Assembly (NCBI GenBank): GCA_038087875.1
Contig: CM075990.1
Span: forward strand, 15,562,001-15,626,000
DNA: 64,000 bases
Reading direction: 5' to 3'
From: Malacoraja senta
Taxonomy: Eukaryota
Numbering within the stretch: position 1 is the stretch's first letter; each line of letters starts with the position of its first letter. Positions 24,268 to 37,435 of the stretch are shown one piece after another. Under the pieces are notes generated by a model. That model ran no database searches and was not told where the DNA came from. It saw only the letters and a list, made by a program, of their open reading frames with translations. A program made the position numbers and the translations under genes.

Positions 24268-24605
24268 TAGACAATAGGTGCAGGAGTAGGCCATTCGGCC
24301 CTTCGAGCCAGACCGCCATTCACTGTGATCATGGCTGATCATCCACAATCAATACCCGATTTCTGCCTTCTCCCCATATCCCTTGACTCCGCTATCTTTA
24401 AGAGCTCTATCTAACTCTCCCTTGCAAGCATCCAGAGAATTGGCCTCCACTGCCTTCTCGGGCAGAGAATTCCACAGATTCACAACTCTCTGGGTGAAAA
24501 GCTTTTTTCCTCATCTCCGTTCTAAATGGCCTACTCCTTATTCTTAAACTGTGACCCCTGGTTCTGCACTCCCCCAACATCAGGAACATGTTTCCTGCCT
24601 CTAGC
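24268..24605 (-). mobile_element. CR1 3' fragment
   Basis: EAGNMF..GE.RTRGHSLRIR motif and the standard tail. Confidence 0.85.
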
Positions 24606-25319
24606 TGTTTCCTGCCTCTAGCAGGAAATGTGGCCACACAGGGGCCCCTGTAAATTATCCAGTGTGGCACATAGACTGTGGTTCTGAGGCAACGACACTT
24701 GGTCAGGAGTTATCTAACCGAGATGTTCACAGAGGCTGTGAACATCTGTATGCTCAGCTGGATTGGAAAAGATCCCAGGGCATTTTTTGACGATCAGTCA
24801 ATATTATCCATCAAATGTCGCCAGCAAAAGGAAAATATTTTTGCCGGGCCATGCATGTTCAATGAAGGTATCTTTACATTTCCTGGGTCATGTGGGAGTT
24901 TCCAGAGATAGACACAAAAGGATGGAATAACTCAGCGGGGCAGACAGCTGAGTTTGGATGCCTCTGACATTATATTAGGAAATTTGATAATTGACTAAAA
25001 ATCCCTTTGGATGATCTCCAGGGTTTGCAAAGGCACTTCTGAAATTTAAGGTATTTTATTTTAATCGTTTGCTTTGAAATGTCACTACTCCATGGATTCG
25101 GCCAACCTAGCTCCTTTCCATAGGTCAAGACACACACCTATGCACACAGTAATAAACTGGTGCTGGCAAACATGTAGGCATCCTCTCTGACTGCTCCCCC
25201 TCTGTGGGCCTATTTCCTTCGCTCCATAGATGCTGCTGCACCCGCTGAGTTTCTCCAGCAATTTTGTCTACCTTCGATTTTCCAGCATCTGCAGTTCCTT
25301 CTTAAACATGTAGGCATGT

Positions 25320-25616
25320 GATGGGCCACAGTTTAAGAATAAGGAGTAAACCATTTAGAATTGAGGAAACACTTTTTCTCACAGAGAGTGGTGAGTCTGT
25401 GGAATTCTCTGCCTCAGAGGGCGGTGGAGGCGGGTTCTCTGGATGCTTTCAAGAGAGAGCTAGATAGGGCTCTTAAAATAGCGGAGTCAGGGGATATGGG
25501 GAGAAGGCAGGAACGGGGCACTGATTGGGGATGATCAGCCATGATCACATTGAATGTCGGTGCTGGCTCGAAGGGCCGAATGGCCTACTCCTGCACCTAT
25601 TGTCTATTGTCTATTG
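25320..25616 (+). mobile_element. CR1 3' fragment
   Basis: ggccacagtttaagaataagg...ctcgaagggccgaatggcctactcctgcacc(tattgtc)n. Confidence 0.85.
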
Positions 25617-27678
25617 AATCAAACAGAATGCTCACAATATCTACCTGGTAAATAACGCCATTTGTGCATGATATAGTTCCAATATTTACTGAATCCATGG
25701 GGCGTTATAATCTAATCATGTCCCTAGATTATGTAGAAATGGCACCATAAACCTTGGCTGCAAAGTCCCTTCAGTGTTCAGACTGAGCTTTGTTCTATGC
25801 TTGCAGTAAAATGCCCACTTTGGGGTCTCTCTGTGAGGCACCAACAACCGGAGAAGTGTGTAACTGCCCCCAAAGGAGTATCTAAACCAAACCAACCAGA
25901 TATTTTGTGGAAGAGAGTTCCATCATTTTGACTGTGAGAAGGCAACTTATTGATAGAAACATAGAAAACAGGTGCAGGAGTAGGCTATTTGGCTTCGAGG
26001 GCCCATAGGATCATGGCTGATCATCCAAAATCAGTATCCTTGATTCCCTTAGCCCTAAGAGCTAAATCTAACTCTCTCTTGAAAGCAAAACAATAAAAAT
26101 AACACAAGGGAACATTAAGGGAGAGGCAGCAATAGGCAAAATGTTAAATCAACAATTTCAGACCTTCTTTGAACAGTGGCAAGGGGGACCGGGCGTGGGG
26201 GTGAACGAAGAAGGGATGACTAGGGCAGGTTTTTATAACTTGGTCAACACCTTTATGGCGACTATTTTGTGTACTTTGAAAAAAAAAATCATTTCACTGT
26301 GGGTGTAAGAAAGCTGGAAGAGTGGAGGGGCAGGACAAAACCTGACACATAATGTAAGTGGATGCAGGTGAGATAGGTGAGAGTTTTTTTGAGGAGCAGA
26401 TGGTTTAACACACAGGGTGCCGATATTTCTTTAACTGCACACTTACCATAAAAGCATCGCAACCAACCTCCACGCATACATTCTGCAAAATCTAGTGTCT
26501 GGAGACCAAATGGTGGACAAGGACCCATTAATCTTTCCAGGAACAATGAGATTAATCATAATGACTCCGTTTCTGCCTCACCTAAGATCAGCTCTGGGAT
26601 TGAAAGTGGAATCTTGGCTCAGAGCCACAGACACATCACAGTCAGGCAACTACCCTGAATGGTGCTCGGCTCCAGGCTGCAGAAATGTTCACTAAATTCT
26701 TTGCCTCCTTTTCTGTGAACATATATGATAAAAACCTACACCTTTTTTATCAGGTTTCTGGTCATTTGCTCAAAAGATTTGTCAGGTAGAATCATATTGC
26801 ACAGGCTAATGCATATGTGAAGCATCCTGGCTTATATTAAATAAACAACACAGCATTAACAAAGAAATCTGCAGATGCTGGAAACTTGCATAGAACACCA
26901 AGTGCTAGAGTAACTCAGCAGGTCAGGCCATATCTCTGGAGGACATGGAAAGGCAATGATACAGGTCAGGACACTTCTCCAGACTCACGTCTGACCCGCT
27001 GATTTATTCCAATACTTTGTGCATAAATACATTTGTTTTTGATCAGTACTATGAAGTATTATAAAAATAGCCATGACCCTGTGGCATTGTCAAAGTAATG
27101 TTGAAGAATTTTCTAAATGGGCGGAAGATACGAGGGGGTCTAGGATCTGGAGCCCAGTTCTTGTGCGTTGGGCTGTACGAGAGTGAGGAAGAGGGGCGGA
27201 AACAGAGAGAGTCTGAGCGTCTGAAGGGAAATTGAGGGTGAATAATTGATTGGGCCGTGCAGAGTGAAGGGATTGTGCACATGGGAGCTGGCACAGAGTT
27301 AATATTCCATCTATGATGCAACAATTCACTGGCATTGTGATTCTGGTGTACGACTTCATCAGTGTGTTATCACAGTGAGATTACTGCCCTGATGCTCTGC
27401 AGTGCTGAGAATATATCCCGCACTCTGTATCTCCTCCTTGAAGACCTGCAAATCAGGAAACTGGACCTGGCATCTCCTGGCACTGTTCACCTCAGTGTCA
27501 CTGTCATTCTGTGGCCATCGGTAGTGCATGTGGGACATCATCAAGGCCCCGTGATGCTTTACCCGTCTGACTAATGGAAACTGCAGCAATAATGTGCAAC
27601 CTGCACTTTGACTCATATTTGAACCATGAGCAAAACCCCACTGCAGATTATCAAACAGATATGGACTAAAGCAAACAG

Positions 27679-27725
27679 TGAATGAATGAATGAATGAATG
27701 AATGAATGAATGGATGAATGAATGA
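27679..27725 (+). repeat. (GAAT)n microsatellite (tail of a minus-strand Rex1-like fragment)
   Basis: About 11 GAAT units followed by tactttattgtcacatgtgaca. Confidence 0.9.
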
Positions 27726-28376
27726 TACTTTATTGTCACATGTGACATGTTGCACTGATATTCTTTGTCAATAGCCATGAGTGTTTTGTTGTTGTATTTC
27801 CCGAGACAGAACAATGATATTCGTACTTGCAGCAGCACAACAGATGTGTGAACCTCTGTCTTGCTCTCTGCAGTGTTTGCTGCTCCGCACGTTGCAATCT
27901 CCATTTGCATCTTTTGAGATCCAAATGGATATAATTGTGGATCACATATTTCCCATGCTCTCTGTAGGCTCATTAGGCTTATACCTTGCAATAGCATGGG
28001 ACCACTTGTGGCACAAAACTCATCTGGTGTTGAGGATCACAGTGCCAAGGGGGGTGCACAGCCACTCGTCCTCTATTTACTACCCCCCACCCACCCAAGT
28101 ATTTTCCATCATTGGTATAGCAGCCTTTGTTGACAGATCATTGCTGCCATGAGAGAGCACCCGAACGATCTGGCTTGCTTTCCAGTAGGAACAATGAGGC
28201 AGGTGCAAGCTCTGTACTCAGCCAGCATCAGGAACACTGCACGCTACATGTTAACAAAGCACCCCAATGATTTTGTAAAGATAAGCTGCACTAACAGTGA
28301 TTTTTTTGTGTGTACATTCATTGACTGTGCATTCAGGTTAAACGCAGAATCCATGCAATTTTTTTAGTTTACTGGA

Positions 28377-28648
28377 GTTTAGTTTAGAGATACAGAGCGG
28401 AAACAGGCCCTTCGGCCCACCGAGTCCCCGCACATGAATACTATCCTAGGGACAATATACACACACACCAACCCAATTAACCTACAAACCTGTACGACTT
28501 TCGAGTGTGGGAGGAAACCGAAGATCTCGGAGAAAACCCACGCGGTCACGGGGGAGAACGTACAAACTCCGTAGAGACAGCGCCCAAACCCGGTTCTCCG
28601 GCGCTGCAAGCGCTGTACGACAGCAACTCGACCACTGCACCACCGTGA
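28377..28648 (-). mobile_element. HE1-like SINE
   Basis: Matches the other copies, including the A/B boxes. Confidence 0.85.
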
Positions 28649-29318
28649 CCACCCTTAATGTACCAAAAATTTGCAAAAACCCATTTCCAGCAGTAATCTG
28701 CCGGAACAAATAATGCTGACTTGCCTGGTTAAATATAACAATCCATAAAGCATTGCAATGAAAGTACATATAGTTAGAAATTGGACTAAGTGGCGACATA
28801 ACATTATGTGCCACACATCAAATTTGGGTATACTGTGCAGAACTTTGTGAAGCGCTTAATCCAATTTCAAAATGCTGGAGTAACTCAGCGGGACGGGCAG
28901 CATCTCTGAATGGGTGGCATTTCGGTTCGACACCCTTCTTCAGACTTCTCCAGAGATGCTGCATGTCCCGCTGAGTTACTCTTGCATTTTGTGTCCATCT
29001 TTGGTGTAAAAAAGCATCTGCGCTTCCCTTCTACGCATAATCCAATTTCAAGTACGTTGAACAAACAGAATCACAGAGCAACTCGGTGATGGGAATTGCT
29101 GGTTGGCCCATGGAATCTGCGAAGGCCATTTTGAAGAACTGTCCTCCATTTCTCTCACGTTACAATTTTTGCTTGCTTCACGTATTTATCTGATTCACTC
29201 TGGGAAGTTACAGTAGAATCTCGATTCTGCTAAATCTGTATTCTGTTGAACCAGATGCTGCTAAAGCTGTACCCACAACATATGAACTAGCTGATTCCAA
29301 ATCCTAACTAGAGAGTAA

Positions 29319-29847
29319 AGGCTCTGTCCCACGGGTTTGCGGTCATTGGCGGTGAAGCGCGGCATCGCCGGAAGAGGGGACCGCACGGCAACCACGAGAG
29401 CGCTGCACGGATGCTGAGCGGGGGCCGAGTGATCTCCGTACGGCCGGTTCCACGAGCTTGTGGCGTCGGGTGATGACATCATCGCGCAACGCGACGCGCT
29501 ACGCGATGATGTCTTTCGGATCGCGGGGCTGTGGCGGCGGCCGTGCCGCACTCGTGCCTCACTGGGGGCGGCTGTGGCGGTGAGCGTTCGACTCACGACG
29601 CTCGTGCCGCACTGGCAGCGGCTGTGGCGGTGACCGTGCCGCACTCGTGCCTCACTGGTGGCGGCTGTGCGATAAGAAATTATTTTTAGACATTGTTGAC
29701 TTTTTGTGAGCACCGTGCGGTGTTGGGAACAACGCCGCACGGCCTCGGCGGTGTGCGTTTGACCGAACCCGCGGTCTCTGGCGGTCCACGAGCGGTAGAT
29801 ACTTCCTGTATCACCGCCAATGACCGCAGACTCGTGAGACAGGCCTT
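29319..29847. mobile_element. PIF/Harbinger-like MITE (subfamily C), GC/CpG-rich
   Basis: Imperfect TIRs AGGCTCTGTCCCACGGGTTTGCGGTCATTGGCGG / CCGCCAATGACCGCAGACTCGTGAGACAGGCCTT; TAA on both sides. Confidence 0.85.
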
Positions 29848-29897
29848 TAATAGTGTCACCCAGCGCAGAAACAGTCCCCCTTGGCCCAAACCAAGCG

Positions 29898-30330
29898 ATG
29901 GCACAGTGGTAACGTTGCAGCCTTACAGCTCCAGGGGCCCAGGTTCAATCCTGACCACGGGTGCTTGGCTGTGCAGAGTTTGTACGTTCTCCTGCATGGA
30001 TTTTCTCCGGGAGCTCTGGTTTCCTCCCACACTCCAAAGAAACACAGGTTTGTAGGTTAATTGACTTGGTATAATTGTAAATTGTCCACAGTGTGTGCAG
30101 GATAGTGTTAATGTACGAGAATTGCTGGTCGGCACGGACTCATAAGGTCATAAGTAATAGGAGCAGAATTAGACCATTCGGCCCATCAAGTCTACTCCGC
30201 CATTCAATCAAGGCTGATCTATCTTTCCCTCCTCACCCCATTCTCCTGCCTTCTCCCCATTACCCCTGACACCCGTACTAATGAAGACTCGGTGGGTCGA
30301 AGGGCCTGTTTCTGCGCTGTATCTCTTAAC
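29898..30330 (+). mobile_element. HE1-like SINE interrupted by a minus-strand CR1 tail (30141-30285)
   Basis: The SINE breaks at 'ggactc' and resumes at 'gactcggtgggtcgaagggcc'. Confidence 0.8.
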
Positions 30331-30934
30331 TAAGCTGATCCATGCTGACCAAGGTGAACAATCCAAGCATGTCTCATTTACCCACTTTTGGCCCATACCC
30401 CTCCAAGCCCTTCCTATCCATGCAGCTGCCCAAATGTATTTTAAATGATGTTATTGCCCTTGCCCAACTACTTTTTCTGGCAGCTCCTTCTATATATACC
30501 CAGTTCCCTCTGTGTGGAAAAAGTAACCCTACTGATTCCTATTAAATCTTTCCCCTCTCACCTTAAACCTATGCCCTCTAGTTCTCACTTCCTGCACTCA
30601 GTGCATTCACCTTATTTATTCCCCTCATGATTGAATATTTATGTAAGAAAAATATTCTTTGTTCGTATCCGCTCTGTGCATTTTTGCCATTTGGACTATG
30701 GTATAATATATTTGTGCAAGTCCTCTAAATGTCCTCTCCCTGCAGGATCCATTAATGCTTTTACTCCTCCCTAACAGCTGCCCCTCATCTACGCAAATCT
30801 TCCAGTGTCTATTTGTTTAGCCGTGGGCACGAGTGCAGCGCAGTAGTACAGCGGGTAGTGCTGCCTGCACACATCTCCAGCAACCTCATTCAGTCCTGAG
30901 CTCTGGTGTTGTCTATGTTGAGTTTCCCTGAAAC

Positions 30935-31238
30935 TCCGTCCCTCTACACCCCTCCCCCACCCTAGTTCTCCCACTAGTTTCAATGTCCTCCTGATTCATT
31001 TTACTGTGTGGAAGCCTCAATGTCACCATCTCCTCAGCCAATTATGAACCATTCTACATTTCCTTGATCATCATCTGCTTCGATCTATCGTTTTCACAAC
31101 TTACTCTTCCATACCTCTAGTCTCCCTCTCCCCTGACTCCCAGTCTGAAGAAAGGTCTCGACCCGAAACGTCACCCATTCCTTCTCTCCAGAGATGCTGC
31201 CTGTCCCGTTGGGTTGCTCCAGCATTTTGTATCTATTT
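30935..31238 (+). mobile_element. Penelope 3' UTR/pLTR fragment with hammerhead core (31145-31172)
   Basis: Homologous to 15700-15950; contains ctgaagaaaggtctcgacccgaaacgtc. Confidence 0.75.
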
Positions 31239-32615
31239 TCCCTGAAATCCAGTGGGTTCTCCAAGTGCTCTACTCACCCCCCCCCCCCCCCCTTTCCGTC
31301 ACATCCCAAGGACTTGTTGGTCAGTAGATTAATTGGCCATTGTAATTATTCCCTAATGTCAGTGGGAAAGGAATTGCTGGCATGTGAGAAAGGGTAGGTT
31401 ACAGGAAAATGACATTAGGATCGATAAAATTGTACTGAGAACCAACGTAGAATTAATGTGTCAAATTGCCACTTTTTAATGTCATAAGGAAATATAAAAT
31501 ATGAAATCGAGCAATAAACTAAATCCTTCATGATGCAAATCCACTGCCTTACATTTATCCTACTGTCCTTTAGAAATTGCCTGAGTTGCAACACATTTGT
31601 TTCGGTTTTACAATGACCACCTTAATAAACATAGGGAAAATAAAATCTGTAGCTTTTGTTCGATCTTTGCACTGCAGTGTTTAGCTGAAGCTTTCAAAAT
31701 AATATGAATGCAAAGATTCTAATCTATCTTTGTTGGTGAATATTACAAAACCAGTTGACCTTAACCTTTCTTCGGTTACTGCAATTTAAACACTCCTGTC
31801 TCCAATCTATGTTCATATGGTTCCCAGCATGTCACACACACATTATTCTCACCAACGCACCCCCTATATCGCCTGGGAGATCTTGCTCATGGTTAATATC
31901 ATGGGAAACCACCCTTTGTATTATTGGGTTTGCAGAAACACATTGTCCTTCACACAGCAATAAATAAAGCTGAAGGGCAAACATTTGTATTGAGCCAGAC
32001 AGAAGCTATCTGGGCTAGTGCAGATAGACGCAAAATTCTGGAGTAACTCAGTGGGACAGGTGGCACCACTGGAGAGAAGGAATGGGTGACGTTTCGGGTC
32101 GGGACCATGAAGAGGGGTCTCGACCCGAAACATCGCCAGTTCCTACTCTCCAGAGATGCTGCCTGTCCTGTTGAGTTACTCCAGCATTTTGTGTCTTTCT
32201 TTGGTTTAAAGCAGCATCTGCAGTTCTTTCCTACACGGTGAATCAGTGCAGGTTGAGGGATGCATAGTCCCTGAGGAAATGCTGCAGACCTGGGTGATGA
32301 GAAGGACAAGGCATGATGAACTGAATCAAGCCGCCCCAACGAAACTCACCAACACCACAGCAAAGCACAAAGTGTTGGAGGAACACAGTGGTTCAGGCAT
32401 CGTCTGTTGGGGGAAATGTACAGACAATGTTTTGGGATGGAACCCTTCTTCAGAACCACCAAATCCATGGACCATTCAGATCCAGTTGGGTTAAAACTCA
32501 TTGTATACAATAAGCATGTTTCTCACTCAAATTTAAACAATGCTGTGAGTTCCGTAAGAACATTAATACAAGCTTGAGCAGCCATATGGACCCATTGATC
32601 CTGCTCCACCTTTAA

Positions 32616-32852
32616 AGGGTCTGTCCCACTTTCACAACCTAATTCACAACCTTTTTTACTCGTGGACATTTTTCATCATGTTGAAAAAACGCCCCGACCT
32701 GCTTGATGCCACGAGTACCTACGACTAGCATCACGGCCTGCTACGACCTACCTACGACCTCCTACGACCTCGTGACGTCCATGCTGCGAGTATGAGTCAA
32801 GGGCAAACTCGGCAGAGGTCGTGAATTAGGTCGTGAAAGTGGAACAGGTCCT
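32616..32852. mobile_element. PIF/Harbinger-like MITE (subfamily A, opposite orientation to 13508-13735)
   Basis: Same TIRs and a reverse-complement interior. Confidence 0.85.
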
Positions 32853-33702
32853 TTAATAAGAGCATAGATTATCAAATCCTAGTGTCAAATCCACATTGTT
32901 GCCAATTCTCATTCAAGTTCTTCATTCCCCTGAAGTGCACCTTAACCTTCAATTTCTCTGAAGACAACAAATCTCACTTGAAGCCATAATTATAGGGTAG
33001 ATATATAAAATTATGATAGGCATAATTTAGATAGAGGATAGATAGTTAGAACGAATTTTCTAGGATGGAAATCCTAGAAGCTTTAAGGGGAGAGGGGCAA
33101 CGTTGAAAGGAGATGTGTTGGGCAGGTTTTCTTTTACACAGAGTAGTGGGTGCCTGGAACACAGTGCCATAGATGATGGAGACGACAAATGGGGTAAGTG
33201 GGGTTTACGAGGCTTTTGGACAGGCACAGCATGTGTGGGAATTGGGGGGATATGGATCATGTGCTGTTTGTCAGGGACATTATGGGCTGAAGGGCCTATT
33301 CCTGTGCTGTACTGTTCTATGTTCTATGCTCTAAGTGCCCATGTAACCTTGCACTACAGCAGGTTGTGTAATGGGAGTTCTTCCTTATAGAATACACACA
33401 TCACCACCAAAACAATCTGAGAGATGGAATAAAAAATGTATAAAATGCATTAGAAATAACCTCAAATAAACATTTTATTCAACTCACATTACTTGGCACA
33501 AGTGCCAATGATGTGCATGTGTTGGGAATAAAGGGATATGAATCACGTACAGGCCGAGGAGATTAGTTTAACATGGCACCGTGTTCACCATGGGTTTTGT
33601 GGTCTGTGTAAGAAGGAACTACAGATGCTGGTTTACACCGAAGACAGACTCAAAATGCTGGAGTAACTCAGTGGGTCAGGCAGCATCTCTGGAGAAAAGG
33701 GA

Positions 33703-34497
33703 TAACCATATAACAATTACAGCACGGAAACAGGCCATCTCGACCCTTCTAGTCCGTGCCGAACACGTATTCTCCCCTAGTCCCATATACCTGTGCTCAG
33801 ACCATAACCCTCCATTCCTTTCCCGTCCATATAACTATCCAATTTATTTTTAAATGATAAAAACGAACCTGCCTCCACCACCTTCACTGGAAGCTCATTC
33901 CACACAGCCACCACTCTCTGAGTAAAGAAGTTCCCCCTCATGTTACCCCTAAACTTCTGTCCCTTAATTCTCAAGTCATGTCCCCTTGTTTGAATCTTCC
34001 CTACTCTCAGTGGGAAAAGCTTATCCACGTCAACTCTGCCTATCCCTCTCATCATTTTAAAGACCTCTATCAAGTCCCCCCTTAACCTTCTGCGCTCCAA
34101 AGAATAAAGCCCTAACTTGTTCAACCTTTCTCTGTAACTTAGTTGCTGAAACCCAGGCAACATTCTAGTAAATCTCCTCTGTACTCTCTCTATTTTGTTG
34201 ACATCCTTCCTATAATTAGGCGACCAAAATTGTACACCATACTCCAGAATTGGCCTCACCAATGCCTTGTACAATTTTAACATTACATCCCAACTTCTAT
34301 ACTCAATGCTCTGATTTATAAAAGCCAGCACACCAAAAGCTTTCTTTACCACCCTATCTACATGAGATTCCACTCTCAGGGAACTGTGCACAGTTATTCC
34401 AAGATCCCTCTGTTCACCTGCATTCTTCAATTCCCTACCATTTACCATGTACGTCCTATTTTGATTTGTCCTGCCAAGATGTAGCACCTCACACTTA
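33703..34497 (-). mobile_element. Young CR1 LINE 3' fragment with an open RT C-terminal frame, inserted in a Penelope-derived repeat
   Basis: ORF 33777-34487 (RDLGITVH..LYKALVRPILEYGVQFWSP..ERRRLRGDLIEVFK..TRGH..NFFTQRVV) is uninterrupted; the host repeat resumes at 34498. Confidence 0.92.
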
Positions 34498-35544
34498 TAG
34501 GTGACGTTTTGGGTTGAGATCCTTCATCAGTGAGACTACGGGAGCTTTATTCGTGGCAGTTCCTGCGCTGTGCTGTTCTATTTTCTACTTATAGTTGATG
34601 GGCCAGACTCTGGTCAAAGAGAATTCCTAAGCTCACATCTCAGAGAAGGAATTCCACAGTGGACTGTTGATCCTCTTGCAGCTGTACCACTATATGGTTG
34701 AGAGAAAATCAGCTCTGGATGCGACAAACAAAAGGACCCTCTAGAAAGACACAAAAAGCTGGAGAAACTCAGCAGGACCTCTGGAGAGAAGGAATGGGTG
34801 ACGTTTCAGGTCACAAAGAGCTACGGATGCACAGGATGCGATCAAGAGATCTTCCAAATTACAAGGTAAAGGGATAATGCATAAAGGGCGGTCTCTTGTT
34901 ACAAATTCTACTCCTGTTCCAAATTCCATGACAATAAACTCTCTTGACTTGACTTGACAATGAAGGAAATTTACCAGGTCTTCATTTCACAGACATACCA
35001 ATAGATGGAGCCCCGACTGCATATTGAGAAGGCAAACTCCAGGCATCTAGGCTGGGACTATCCCAGAAATCATCCCTGTTGATTCAATTATGAACAAAGA
35101 TCGCTTGACCCCATGTTCTTGTGAGAAAATACGTATAATCTCACCAGTTCCTGGAATAACCAGCCATGGTCTGAAGCTGAATTTATTCCCAAAAGACTAT
35201 TGTGTAAATGCTCTTGCTAAATAGATTTCTAGTAAATAGTTGATAAATGTAATGAATGAGCTCATGTTATTTCTGATTGGGGTCATTTTTACCTGCAATT
35301 ACAGAATAGTTTAAAGTTGCAGGGACAATAGGTTCTTTTTTTTAAACCTTTTAATAATTAACAGACCATGCTAAACCCTGATTAAATTCAACCAATTCTT
35401 GGCTAACCGATAAGTTTCAATGTGCACTTGGATTGAATAATCAACTCCACTCCATGTTCTTAGTTTCATTGGACCTGCACAAATAAATCCAACAACCTCT
35501 CACACACTGGGACAGGTTGCAGTGACAGATATCGAGTAGTCGCA

Positions 35545-35828
35545 GTGACGCAGTCACTGGTAGAGATGCTGCCGCATAGCGCCAGATACCCAGGTTCGAT
35601 CCAGACAACGGGTGCTATCTGTGTGTGGAGTTTGCACGTTCTCCCTGTGACCGCGTGGGGTTGCTCCCGCATCCCAAAAGATGTGCGAGTTTACGGGCTA
35701 ATTGGCCTCTGTAAAATGTCCCCCCGTGTGTAGGGAGTGGACGAAAAAGTGGGCTGAAGAGAACACGTGTGAATGGGTGATCGATGGTCGGAGTGGACTC
35801 AGTGGGCTGAAGAGACTGTTTCCAAGGT
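35545..35828 (+). mobile_element. HE1-like SINE
   Basis: ggtagag.tgctgcc, ggttcgatcc, V-domain and tail ctaaactcaactaaa. Confidence 0.8.
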
Positions 35829-37056
35829 GTTTCTCTAAACTCAACTAAAGCATTCTCACTGAAATCCACTGACTGGCTGCTATGTGCAGGTCTGTGGGTT
35901 CTAGACTCTGGCAGAGGAATGTATGATTTTTCACGTCGGGACCCAGGATCAGAGGTGGGCAACTTTCCCATTCTTAGTATCCCACTTTCTTATCCACCTC
36001 TTATATACTGTGGACTATTTATAATGGCCAATTAACCTGCATGTCTTTGGGGTGTGGGAGGTAACCAGAGAACCAAGAGGAATCCTATGCGGCACAGGTA
36101 AAACATGTAGACAGCAGCTGAGGTTAGGACTGAGGCCAGGTCTCAGGCTCTGAGAGCCAGCTAGGTCACCGTGCCGACCCTTGTCTTATACACCTCTGCC
36201 AAGTTTGCCGAACTTCTTTCCTCCATGGGGGAGGAGAGATTTATGGTCTGATTTCACAAACCCTCATTACAAGACACATTGACAGAAGTTTACATGGTGT
36301 ACGAACTTAATGAAAGGCACAGTGAATGAATCGTACAACTTCAAACAGTTTCCAAGGTCAACCAAGGATGATTAGCAGTTAGCACGAAAGCGAATTATTC
36401 ACAGGTCATCAACCACTTTCATTACACTTGTAATTAAACTATCCTGCAAAATGCAAGTCACAGAAGGCATTTATTTTAAACTGACCACTTTTGCAGTGAT
36501 GATTTTCACAGTATGTCTGGCTTGAAGTGTTTTCATGCTCCATTGGTGGGTACATAGGCTATAATAGCTAAGCCATTTCAGTCTGAGTAAAATTGGTTCT
36601 CAGAGGAGTTCATTCGACCATTCATGAACACACAGATTGGCTCGACATCTCTTGCAGTGCATACAAATCACATAAATACGAGTTTTATACCTGGTACTGA
36701 AGCTGTTTTATCCTCAGACTTTCTTGGAGGAATGCAAATATCAGTTGTACAACATTCAACAGGTGCATCGACAGGTCTGTGGTGTGGGCAGGTAAAGAGT
36801 TGAGATTCACACTAACTTATATGACCTAAACATTGAGGCGCAGCCCAAACATCCACCTTAACTGAGGTGAGTCAGACCCTCTGGAAGATGCTGACTCAAG
36901 GTGCCCTCTGAGGTTTGGTCTGACAACAAACACACACTCGGTGCAAACAGGTGATGAGATTATTCTCCACCCACCGCCACAGCTGCGAAATGGTTGAATA
37001 AAGCTCTCAATAATGGGCGATTGGGAATGGACATGGATGAAGGAGGTGTTACTCAC

Positions 37057-37168
37057 CCAGCCAGCTTCTGCTCAGGTAGACCGACACAAAGACAGGAGGC
37101 ACTGTGAAGAAGTCCACCACGGAATTCACTTCTAGCCAGAACCATAGCTTATCATTGGCTGCAATAAA
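37057..37168 (-). CDS. KCNMA1: KCNMA1 coding exon (S2-S3 loop, S3; equivalent to human exon 5), 112 bp
   Basis: Encodes [37 protein letters not shown](G). Acceptor tttctcttccag, donor gtgagt; phase 0 to phase 1. Confidence 0.98.
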
Positions 37169-37435
37169 CTGGAAGAGAAAGCACAGTGTTTTCACTTCAA
37201 CCACCCAACCACTCACAATTCCCACATTTTGAGAAAAGCACAAAGATATTTTTCATTCACTTTTATTTAAAGAGTTGCACATTTTATGAACAGTCAGATC
37301 CATGTAAAGATATGGTTCGTTGCAAATGGGTTACCACGGACAGAATGTACAATTTGGAAGTTTAATTCTAAGTTTAGGGCAAGAAGCCTCCCAAAGTGAG
37401 TTGTTAAGACCAGAATTCACAAACAACTAGGATGG

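Noticed and set aside
27359-28152. ORFs of 212 and 123 aa
   Set aside because: They span a (GAAT)n microsatellite and repeat tails, with no recognisable domain or supporting splice structure.
33777-34487. 236-aa ORF as a domesticated host gene
   Set aside because: It is a 5'-truncated CR1 ORF2 C-terminus with an intact LINE tail; the open frame is explained by recent insertion.
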